A program made the position numbers and the translations under genes. From Acutalibacteraceae bacterium (GTDB taxonomy: Bacteria; Bacillota; Clostridia; Oscillospirales; Acutalibacteraceae), in contig JBGVFJ010000065.1 of assembly GCA_045121005.1 (NCBI GenBank), positions 29,776 through 93,775 of the forward strand: a stretch of DNA of 64,000 nucleotides. The letters are read 5' to 3'. The notes beneath the pieces are model-generated. The model saw only the letters and a program-made list of their open reading frames with translations, had not been told where the DNA came from and searched no databases. Every line of letters begins with the position of its first letter. The first letter of the stretch is position 1. This document shows, piece after piece, positions 8,553 to 16,013 of this stretch.

Positions 8553-8981
8553 ATGTCAACTTACATGCCTAAAGCTGGCGAGATTGCTCGCAAATGGTAT
8601 GTGCTCGACGCAGCAGGCAAGCCCATGGGCCGTGTTGCTGCTCAGGCCGCAGTTCTTCTCCGCGGTAAGCACAAGCCTACATTCGCTCCTCATGTTGATT
8701 GCGGTGATCACGTTATCATCATCAACGCTGAGAAAGCAGTTCTCACAGGTAACAAACTCAACCAGAAAATGTATTATCATCACACCGGCTACATCGGCAA
8801 CATGAAAGAGGTTAAGTACAGCACTCTTATGCGTACAAAGCCCGCATTTGCTATGCAGCTTGCTGTTAAGGGTATGATCCCCGACACAGTTATCGGTCGT
8901 GACGCTCTTTCAAGACTTCGCGTTTATGCAGGTGCTGACCACAAGCATGCTGCTCAGAAGCCCGAAGCTTGGGAATTATAA
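8553..8981 (+). CDS. rplM: 50S ribosomal protein L13
   Basis: 142 aa. KWYVLDAAGKPMGRVAAQAAVLLRGKHKPTFAPHVDCGDHVIIINAEK is typical L13. RBS GGAGG. Confidence 0.97.
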   Translation: MSTYMPKAGEIARKWYVLDAAGKPMGRVAAQAAVLLRGKHKPTFAPHVDCGDHVIIINAEKAVLTGNKLNQKMYYHHTGYIGNMKEVKYSTLMRTKPAFAMQLAVKGMIPDTVIGRDALSRLRVYAGADHKHAAQKPEAWEL

Positions 8982-8999
8982 TGAAGGGAGGCTATTATA

Positions 9000-9398
9000 A
9001 TGTACGATTCTAATCCTTATTTTTACGGTACAGGCCGCAGAAAGAAATCTGTAGCAAGAGTACGTGTTTACGCAGGTACAGGTAAAATCATCATCAACGA
9101 CAGAGAAATCGACGATTACTTCGGTCTTGATACACTTAAGCTCATCGTTCGTCAGCCTCTCGAGCTCACAGGCACAACTGAGAAGTTCGACATCGTTTGC
9201 CGTGTAGCAGGCGGTGGCGTTTCAGGCCAGGCCGGTGCTATCCGTCACGGTATTTCAAGAGCTCTTCTTCAGTATGACGATGCTCTTCGTTCAGCACTCA
9301 AGAAGGCAGGCTTCCTCACTCGTGACCCCAGAATGAAGGAAAGAAAGAAATACGGTCTCAAAGGCGCACGTCGTGCTCCCCAGTTCTCAAAGAGATAA
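9000..9398 (+). CDS. rpsI: 30S ribosomal protein S9
   Basis: 132 aa. [14 protein letters not shown]...[19 protein letters not shown]...[16 protein letters not shown] is typical S9. Confidence 0.97.
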   Translation: MYDSNPYFYGTGRRKKSVARVRVYAGTGKIIINDREIDDYFGLDTLKLIVRQPLELTGTTEKFDIVCRVAGGGVSGQAGAIRHGISRALLQYDDALRSALKKAGFLTRDPRMKERKKYGLKGARRAPQFSKR

Positions 9399-9416
9399 AG
9401 TTTTCTCAAATCACAA

Positions 9417-9448
9417 GGTCTTGGAGATTTTCTCCGAGACCTTTTTTC
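9417..9448 (+). terminator. Rho-independent terminator of rplM-rpsI
   Basis: Stem GGTCTTGGAG / CTCCGAGACC (one G-U pair), then TTTTTT. Confidence 0.75.
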
Positions 9449-9455
9449 TTCGCTT

Positions 9456-9544
9456 GTGAAAGCATCTGAAAACACTTGATAAATCAATATTTTCTATAAA
9501 TAAAACTGTTCTGAAATTTTCTTTTTGTGAAAGCGACTGAATAC
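9456..9544 (+). repeat. Two direct copies of an 18-nt bipartite motif GTGAAAG-N4-TGAAWAC
   Basis: GTGAAAGCATCTGAAAAC at 9456-9473 and GTGAAAGCGACTGAATAC at 9527-9544. Confidence 0.6.
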
Positions 9545-9786
9545 ACATAAATGCATGTCACAATGTACCATTATGTGGACCAAAAAAGAAGCCGGAACAA
9601 ATCCGGCTTTTAAAATAGTTTTTATTATCATTTTAATTTGTTCAGTTCTTTCAAGGATAAGTGAAATCGTAATAAATAACTTAATATTTAATTAGTTATA
9701 GCAATACGGCTTGGTAATTATACTTGCTGTCGTGATGCTTTTGATGCATTACAGAAAGTCGTTAAAAATTAATTTAGATTTATATG

Positions 9787-9815
9787 TTGAAAATATATAA
9801 TGATTGTGCTATAAT
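9787..9815 (+). promoter_or_regulatory. Sigma-A promoter driving the cobalamin riboswitch
   Basis: TTGAAA (9787-9792), a 17-nt spacer, then TATAAT (9810-9815). Confidence 0.65.
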
Positions 9816-9840
9816 ATACAAAATTTAATACTGAAATAAA

Positions 9841-10013
9841 GAGATACGGTTTTGAAAAGTTGTAAGCTGAGTAGATTTAATAGGGAAATCAGGTTCGAAT
9901 CCTGAACAACCGCCATTACTGTGTAGGAATTGAAAATCAGATTAATGTCTGCATTTCTGCGGTTATAATCTGCTTTGATATCTGTTCCTTAAGTCAGAAC
10001 ACCTGCCGTGTCT
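9841..10013 (+). promoter_or_regulatory. Cobalamin (B12) riboswitch aptamer
   Basis: AATAGGGAAATCAGGTTCGAATCCTGAACAACCGCCATTACTGT core plus the B12-box-like AAGTCAGAACACCTGCC (9990-10006). Candidate P1 is 9842-9849 with 10005-10012. Recognised by eye and not scored with a covariance model. Confidence 0.8.
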
Positions 10014-10040
10014 TTTTAGGTTCAACACAACTTTGGTGAG

Positions 10041-10098
10041 AAGAGTGCAACCGATTTATCGTAGTATGGTAGATTTTGGATTGCGTTCTTTTTTATTT
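10041..10098 (+). terminator. Riboswitch expression-platform terminator; a second U-tract hairpin lies at 10141-10190
   Basis: Stem GAGTGCAACC / GGATTGCGTTC, followed by TTTTTTATTTT. A second 13-bp stem TACTCTTTTGACC / GGTTGAAAGGGTA is followed by TTTTTTATTTT. Confidence 0.5.
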
Positions 10099-10202
10099 TG
10101 TGCAGTCCGAAGTTATTGTTGTCGTACCGCGTTAATCTGTTGTACTCTTTTGACCTTTTTGGTTGAAAGGGTATTTTTTATTTTGTAAAGGAGGTTTGAC
10201 AA

Positions 10203-10502
10203 GTGACATCAGAAGAGAAAAAGTGCTGGGCGGCAGAACTTTTGAAAAGGAAAGCTGAGGAACTCGGAAGATTGCCCAAAAAGGATGATTTTGATGAACC
10301 CACACGGTCACGAATCAAAGCCTACCTCGGACCGTGGCCAAGGGCATTGGAAGCTGCCGGATTAAAAGAAGCAAAACCTGTTTCCCAAAAATCCAAAAAG
10401 AGAAAAAGGGCAACTATCAGGTCTAAAAACCAAACTGTTTCTGCAAGACAAAAGTTGGAGAAACACAGAGCCGAACCGAAAGAACAGGATACTTTCGGTT
10501 AA
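10203..10502 (+). CDS. Small cytoplasmic protein with one homing-endonuclease-associated (HNH-repeat-like) motif and a Lys/Arg-rich tail
   Basis: GTG start 8 nt after AAGGAGG. AEELGRLPKKDDFDEPTRSRIKAYLGPWPRALEAAGL resembles the HNH-associated repeat. The tail is KSKKRKRATIRSKN. No signal peptide. Confidence 0.55.
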   Translation: MTSEEKKCWAAELLKRKAEELGRLPKKDDFDEPTRSRIKAYLGPWPRALEAAGLKEAKPVSQKSKKRKRATIRSKNQTVSARQKLEKHRAEPKEQDTFG

Positions 10503-10534
10503 AACAAAATGAAAAATATCAAAAAGGAGAATCA

Positions 10535-13318
10535 ATGATGAAAAAAAGAATTTTAAGCGTTATTCTTTCCATCGCAATGCTGCTAACAGCAACACCCCTT
10601 ATGTCTGTTGCGTCAGAAAGCGAATATGTTTATATGTCTGTAAGCTATGATGACAAATATACCGATGACAAAAACGGCAATCCCATAGCTTATATTCCCG
10701 TATCCCTCGAAACACTTCAATCTGTTGATTTGAACGAATACAATCTTTCTGAATATCTTTATGACGAAGACGGTGACGGCAATTATGACATTACAGCATT
10801 ACAGCTTATCATCTATGCTCACGAAGAGCTTTATGGCGGTGATTGGAGCGAGGTAACTTTCACAGGTAGTCCCGGAAGTTCATATTTCGCAGGAGGTCTT
10901 TTCGGCAGAGATGAAAACCTCAACTATTATCTGAACGGTCAGTATCCTCTTGCAAGCGGAGGATGGGGTGCAACCTCTGACCAGATTGTTCTTGAAGCAG
11001 GCGACTTTATTGACCTTGCAGGCTTTACAAGCTGGGATTTCTATCAGGACTCGGCTTACGGTTTTCATTATTTTGCTGATGCAAACGGTGATGTAACACA
11101 TTCTTACACCACAGAAACAGCCAAAGCTTGCGACATCAAGCTTATTAAAGGCACAAAGGATTATGAATACAATTCCGTTTTCTTTGAAATACCTGATTAT
11201 GAAGTACATTACGGTAAAGCACTCTATAATGAAACAGGAAGTGTAACAACAGATGACAGCGGATGTGCATCTATCACTTTCCCATCTGCAGGAAAATGGT
11301 ATCTTTGGGTTGACGGAGGTTATGGTAACGAATATCCCGATTCTATAGTTTCTGCTCCCGGCTATGCAGAGGTAACAGTTACATCGGCGGATGCTCCCCG
11401 TGAGCCTCAGGATGTAAGCGCTGTGCTTAATGCTACAATGGCACAGCTTGCTGATACAGTACAAGAACCTGCTTTCGGTACAAACGCAGGTGAATGGACA
11501 GTGTTGAGTCTGGCACGCGGTGAATATTTTGAAAAGAACAGCACTTATTTTAATGATTACTACAACCGTATTGTTTCAACAGTAAATGAAACAGCTTCAT
11601 CGGTTAATATGAACGGTGCACTCCACAAAAACAAATCAACTGAAAATTCCCGTCTGATTGTTGCTCTTTCATCTATCGGTAAGGATGCAACTGCTGTTGG
11701 TGATTGGAATCTTGTTGAAGCATACAGCCTGAACGGTTTTGATTGGGTTAAAAAGCAGGGTCTTAACGGTACGATATGGGCACTTATCGCGTTGGATTCG
11801 GGCAACTATGAAACAAGCGATGAAACCATCCGTCAGCAGTGTATTGATTCCATCCTCTCACTTCAGCATGATGATGGCGGTTGGGCATTACAGGCAAACA
11901 AGACTTACGCATCTGACCCTGATGTTACGGGTATGGCGCTTCAGGCTTTGTATCCCTATCGCAATCAGACAGCTGTAGCTGAAGCTTGTGAAAAAGCATT
12001 TGATTGTCTTTCTGAAATCCAGCACGAAAACGGCACATTTGCATCAGGCGGAAGTGAATGCTCTGAAAGCTGTGCATGGGTAATCGTTGCCTGCACAACA
12101 TGGGGCATCAATCCTGATACCGACAGCCGTTTTGTAAAGAACGAAAAATCTGTTGTTGACGGACTTCTTCTCCATTATCTTGAAGATAAGGCGCAGTTTG
12201 AACATATTGCAGACGCAGGTGCAAACGGTATGGCTACTGACCAATCCTGCTACGCTCTTGTTGCCTACAAGCGTTTTATAAATAACAAAACAAATCTTTT
12301 TGATATGTCTGATGTTGCATTTGATGAAAATGTTGAAATCGTTCCCGGTAAGATGACAGCAACTCTCGGTCTTCCTGCTGAAATATCCGATGAGGTCGGC
12401 AAAACTTTCAACGCAACAATCAGCATCGACCAGTGGGATAACAACGCAGGCTACAAGCTTATTGATTTTATTATGAATGTTCCCGAAGGTCTTACAGTTA
12501 CGGCAGTTACAGCCGAAAGCCGTCTTTCGGGCGGAACGGTAAATTACAACGTTGAAGAAAGCACAGGCAAACTCCGTGCAGTTTACTTTGACGCTAACAA
12601 CCATAGCGATATCACAGTAAGCGGAACCACCTTCCCGGCACTTCTTTTCACAATTACTTTCCGTGTCGATTCCGTAACTGCAGGCAACAAGCTTGGCTTT
12701 AACATCAGCGGAATGTCCGTTAAACTCAATTCAGATTCTGCGGATGAAAACTCTATGATTATTGTTGACATTACGGATGCAAGCGGTACGGTAAATGTTG
12801 TAACAGGTGTTTCTTATAGCGCAATGTGTCTCTATGTTGGTGATAATGTTGACCTTATCCCCTCGGAGAAAATGGCCGTTGCAGTAGCAGTTGTCGGTGC
12901 AAAGGCAGGAGCAAAGCTCAGCTACAACGACGGCATCAACGGTTATGAATTCAAGTACAGCACAGAAATTTCTGATAAAACAGGTATTTCAACTTACGTT
13001 GCACTTGTTGATTCTTCAATTGATATGGCGAATTTTGTTGATAAGCAGAATTTTGTTCTCTCTGATGACAACGCTGATGAAATCACATTCGGTGATGCAA
13101 ACGGCGACGGAGTAATCAATGCACAGGATGCACTCGGTGCAGTTGATTCCTGGCTTCGTAAAACAGATGCACCGTCAGATGACAAGATTCTCGCCCTCAA
13201 TGTGAACAGTGACAGCAGAATCAATACATTTGATGCTCTCGGCATCGTTGAAGCGTTTGTAGACGGCAGTGAATACATTGTTGTTACAAAGGCAGCAACT
13301 ATTACAGCTAATAACTAA
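10535..13318 (+). CDS. Secreted multidomain protein: DUF4430-like N-domain, alpha/alpha-toroid (prenyltransferase/transcobalamin alpha-domain-like), cohesin-like module, C-terminal dockerin
   Basis: 927 aa. Signal peptide MMKKRILSVILSIAMLLTATPLMSVASE. NYYLNGQYP...DQIVLEAGDFIDL is DUF4430-like. The toroid repeats show LQHDDGGWALQ and IQHENGTFASGG. See the cohesin and dockerin sub-features. Confidence 0.75.
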   Translation: MMKKRILSVILSIAMLLTATPLMSVASESEYVYMSVSYDDKYTDDKNGNPIAYIPVSLETLQSVDLNEYNLSEYLYDEDGDGNYDITALQLIIYAHEELYGGDWSEVTFTGSPGSSYFAGGLFGRDENLNYYLNGQYPLASGGWGATSDQIVLEAGDFIDLAGFTSWDFYQDSAYGFHYFADANGDVTHSYTTETAKACDIKLIKGTKDYEYNSVFFEIPDYEVHYGKALYNETGSVTTDDSGCASITFPSAGKWYLWVDGGYGNEYPDSIVSAPGYAEVTVTSADAPREPQDVSAVLNATMAQLADTVQEPAFGTNAGEWTVLSLARGEYFEKNSTYFNDYYNRIVSTVNETASSVNMNGALHKNKSTENSRLIVALSSIGKDATAVGDWNLVEAYSLNGFDWVKKQGLNGTIWALIALDSGNYETSDETIRQQCIDSILSLQHDDGGWALQANKTYASDPDVTGMALQALYPYRNQTAVAEACEKAFDCLSEIQHENGTFASGGSECSESCAWVIVACTTWGINPDTDSRFVKNEKSVVDGLLLHYLEDKAQFEHIADAGANGMATDQSCYALVAYKRFINNKTNLFDMSDVAFDENVEIVPGKMTATLGLPAEISDEVGKTFNATISIDQWDNNAGYKLIDFIMNVPEGLTVTAVTAESRLSGGTVNYNVEESTGKLRAVYFDANNHSDITVSGTTFPALLFTITFRVDSVTAGNKLGFNISGMSVKLNSDSADENSMIIVDITDASGTVNVVTGVSYSAMCLYVGDNVDLIPSEKMAVAVAVVGAKAGAKLSYNDGINGYEFKYSTEISDKTGISTYVALVDSSIDMANFVDKQNFVLSDDNADEITFGDANGDGVINAQDALGAVDSWLRKTDAPSDDKILALNVNSDSRINTFDALGIVEAFVDGSEYIVVTKAATITANN
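12350..12805 (+). other. Cohesin-like module inside the 927-aa protein
   Basis: KMTATLGLPAEISDEVGKTFNATISIDQ...GYKLIDFIMNVPEGLTVTAVTA...GKLRAVYFDANN...ALLFTITFRVDSVTAGNKLGFNISGMSV has the alternating beta-strand pattern of type-I-like cohesins. Judged by eye. Confidence 0.55.
13082..13267 (+). other. Dockerin module (two calcium-binding F-hand loops)
   Basis: ITFGDANGDGVINAQDALGAVDSWL...LALNVNSDSRINTFDALGIVEAFVDG contains two DxNxDxxIxxxD-type loops about 34 aa apart. Confidence 0.8.
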
Positions 13319-13364
13319 CTGATTATTAAGGGGTGGGACTGACACTCCCACCCCTCTTGGGAGA

Positions 13365-13997
13365 ATGAATATGAGCAAAAGTAAATTGGAACCGAAAACA
13401 AAAAAGAGAATAAAAATTGGTATCTCAATCGGCGTTTTACTGCTTTTGTTGATACTGATTCTCCTTTTTTCATTCTGCGGTGAAAACCCGTTCGGCAAAC
13501 CTACACTTACAATAGAAACTCCGCAGAAAATCAGCCTTTCCGAAACAGATGAAATCACCCTCGATGTGACAATATCATCATTCGGTGAAGCTAAATATCC
13601 GGCTGCAAGTATGAGCATTGTATTTGACCCGTCAAAGCTTGAGTTTATAGGTATAGAAGAAGGTAACGTTTTTATCCGTAATGACGGCGAAGAGATTGAA
13701 CAAAGACTGCCGGACTGGAGCTGTAACCCGACACAATGCAACAAAACGGGTAAAATCAACATTATGTACCTTGACACAACAGGCGGAAAGAATGCGTTTG
13801 ACAAAGACTTGCTTGCAAAGGACGACAATGTTGTGCTTCGCCTGAAATTCCGTCTCAGAGGAAGTCTTCGCAAAGGCGATGTATGTGACCTTGTTTTCGA
13901 AGATGCTGTTTTTGCGGCATCAGACGAAACACAAAGTCTGGCAATGACAACCGGTACACTTAATGTCAGAAACGGTAAAATTGTTATAGGAGATTAA
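13365..13997 (+). CDS. N-terminally membrane-anchored cohesin-like protein
   Basis: 210 aa. Basic N-terminus plus TM segment IGISIGVLLLLLILILLFSF. Cohesin-like body: AASMSIVFDPSKLEFIGIEEGNVF...GKINIMYLDTTGG...VVLRLKFRLRGSLRKGDVCDLVFEDAVFA. Confidence 0.6.
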   Translation: MNMSKSKLEPKTKKRIKIGISIGVLLLLLILILLFSFCGENPFGKPTLTIETPQKISLSETDEITLDVTISSFGEAKYPAASMSIVFDPSKLEFIGIEEGNVFIRNDGEEIEQRLPDWSCNPTQCNKTGKINIMYLDTTGGKNAFDKDLLAKDDNVVLRLKFRLRGSLRKGDVCDLVFEDAVFAASDETQSLAMTTGTLNVRNGKIVIGD

Positions 13998-13998
13998 A

Positions 13999-15117
13999 AT
14001 GAAAAGAATAATATGTTTAATATTAGCCTTCGTGCTTCTTATGACAACTACAGCCTGCAGTGGTAATTTCACACAGGTTAACCTTAATGAACCCATAGCT
14101 ATTCCGGAAAACGGGATTGTTGAGAAAAGTGTTTTAGATAAAATCAGAAACGAGAACGCTATCGCCACATTCACAGGTTCATCAAATGATATTAAATACG
14201 AATGGACAGTTTTCGGCAGTGATATCAATGAGACAAAGGATGTAAATTTATCCGTTGTCCTGAACAAATCAGATAAGGGCATAAAGGTCAATTTTACCGA
14301 AACGAAGGATTTGGGCTTTCCTGCCCTGCTTTCTATTCATATCAACGAAAAATGGTCAGCAGACAGTGCAACTGCTTTTAACGGTGGCAAGGGTGTTTAT
14401 TCTGTTTCTGTAACAGGCAGTAAAACAAGTATTCTGAATATATCTGTAAACAAGATTGTTCCTGAAATTGAAATTCTGCCTGATAAAACAAATTATACAG
14501 AAGACACTACTGCAGAAAATACAAATCCGACAGAAAATAATTCTGTTTCAGGCGGAAAAGACAATTATCTTTCAGGTGTGCAGAGCTCTGGTGACAGAGT
14601 TTATTCTGACGGTACAGCAACAGAAAAAGATAAATATGAAACAGACCCCGTACCCGAAGGAAAACCTATGCCCGTTGAGCCTGAAAATCAGGAAATCAAC
14701 AACAAAAAGAAATACACCTGCACCTTTTCCATTGAATGCTCAACAATCCTGAATAACCTTTCTGACCTTGACCCTGATAAACGTCATCTGGTACCTTCAG
14801 ACGGTGTTATTTTACCGCCTACAAAGGTGACATTCTATGAAGGTGAATCAGTCTATGATGTGCTTCAGCGTGTTTGTAAGGAAAACAACATACATATGGA
14901 ATCCTCATGGACTCCTGTTTATAACAGTGCCTATATTGAAGGCATAAACAATCTTTATGAATTTGACTGCGGTGAGCTTTCAGGCTGGATGTACCGCGTT
15001 AACGGATGGTATCCAAATTACGGTTGCTCCCGTTATCAGCTTGCAGACGGCGAGGTTGTAGAATGGCGTTATACATGCGACCTCGGTAACGATGTCGGTC
15101 GTGAAGGAACTTGGTAA
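13999..15117 (+). CDS. Lipoprotein with C-terminal DUF4430 (transcobalamin beta-domain-like) domain
   Basis: Lipobox-like LLMTTTAC. Low-complexity linker. C-terminal CTFSIECSTILNN...VTFYEGESVYDVLQRVCKENNI...GWMYRVNGWYPNYGCSRYQLADGEVVEWRYTCDLG. Confidence 0.7.
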   Translation: MKRIICLILAFVLLMTTTACSGNFTQVNLNEPIAIPENGIVEKSVLDKIRNENAIATFTGSSNDIKYEWTVFGSDINETKDVNLSVVLNKSDKGIKVNFTETKDLGFPALLSIHINEKWSADSATAFNGGKGVYSVSVTGSKTSILNISVNKIVPEIEILPDKTNYTEDTTAENTNPTENNSVSGGKDNYLSGVQSSGDRVYSDGTATEKDKYETDPVPEGKPMPVEPENQEINNKKKYTCTFSIECSTILNNLSDLDPDKRHLVPSDGVILPPTKVTFYEGESVYDVLQRVCKENNIHMESSWTPVYNSAYIEGINNLYEFDCGELSGWMYRVNGWYPNYGCSRYQLADGEVVEWRYTCDLGNDVGREGTW

Positions 15118-15122
15118 AATTT

Positions 15123-16013
15123 ATGAGAGATTCATTTTCAGAATATCATCCCTTTATAAACCTAATATATTTTGCATTTACGATAAGCTTTTCTCTTGTG
15201 CTGACGCACCCATTGGCACAGGGGATTTCTCTCGTGTGTGCAATTATTTATGCAGTAAGTATAAACGGGAGGAAAAGCGTGATATTTCTCTTGAAATACT
15301 GTCTGCCGATGGTGCTTCTGACTGCATTTATCAACCCTGCGTTCAATCACGAGGGCTCAACAACTCTGCTGTATTTCCCGAATGGCAATCCTCTTACGCT
15401 TGAAAGTATTTTATACGGATTTTCTGCAGGTGTGATGATAATTACAACGCTGATGTGGTTTTCGTCGTTCAACTCAGTGATGACAACGGACAAGTTTATC
15501 TATCTTTTCGGCAAGGTTATTCCCGCTTTGTCACTTGTGCTGAGTATGTCTTTAAGATTTGTTCCTAAATTCAAATCGCAGATGCAGACGGTCACCGAAG
15601 CACAAAGAAGCATCGGCAGAGATGTGTCGAACGGAAGTCTGTTACAGAGAACAAAGACGGCAATTCACATCTTTTCAATTATGATAACCTGGTCACTCGA
15701 AAATGCCATTGAAACAGCTGACAGTATGAAAAGCCGCGGATACGGATTAAAAGGCAGAACTGCATTTTCAATTTATCGCTTTGATGAAAGAGATAAATAT
15801 ACACTTGCATGGCTTTCTTTCTGTGGATTGTTTCTTGTTGCAGGAACTATACTTAATGCTTTCGGGTTCAGATATTTCCCGGATATTCGTTATGCTGCAT
15901 TTGATATGACAACAATACCTTTCTACTGTGCGTACTCTGCACTTTGCATTACACCCGTGATATTAAACTTAAAGGAGGAGAGAAAATGGAAAACTTCAGT
16001 TTCAGGAATGTAA
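15123..16013 (+). CDS. ECF transporter transmembrane (T) component, EcfT/CbiQ family
   Basis: ORF-track entry 15111-16013; an ATG lies at 15123. Polytopic membrane protein with a conserved-looking ...AQRSIGRD... / ...SMKSRGY... region. The RBS is weak, so the start is uncertain. Confidence 0.75.
   Translation: MRDSFSEYHPFINLIYFAFTISFSLVLTHPLAQGISLVCAIIYAVSINGRKSVIFLLKYCLPMVLLTAFINPAFNHEGSTTLLYFPNGNPLTLESILYGFSAGVMIITTLMWFSSFNSVMTTDKFIYLFGKVIPALSLVLSMSLRFVPKFKSQMQTVTEAQRSIGRDVSNGSLLQRTKTAIHIFSIMITWSLENAIETADSMKSRGYGLKGRTAFSIYRFDERDKYTLAWLSFCGLFLVAGTILNAFGFRYFPDIRYAAFDMTTIPFYCAYSALCITPVILNLKEERKWKTSVSGM

Noticed and set aside
9456-9544. Reading the GTGAAAG-N4-TGAAWAC sites as Rex or CRP/FNR operators
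   Set aside because: The left half (TTGTGAA) resembles a Rex half-site. However, the right half is not its inverted complement (TGAAWAC instead of TTCACAA), so the sites are not palindromic. I keep them only as an unexplained repeat.
9588-9612. Hairpin AGCCGGA-ACAAA-TCCGGCT as the terminator of a gene
   Set aside because: It has U-runs on both strands, but no ORF or recognisable RNA gene ends there. It may belong to the repeat or scar region described in the findings, so it is not annotated as a functional terminator.
10880-12604. Minus-strand ORFs of 194 aa (10880-11464) and 186 aa (12044-12604)
   Set aside because: They are antisense to the 927-aa gene. They are Cys/Ile/Phe-rich shadow ORFs typical of the reverse frame of a coding region.
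13175-13873. 232-aa minus-strand ORF spanning the junction between the dockerin gene and the cohesin gene
   Set aside because: It is antisense to two genes with strong RBS, signal/TM and domain evidence. Its translation is Ser/Leu/Ile-rich with no motif.
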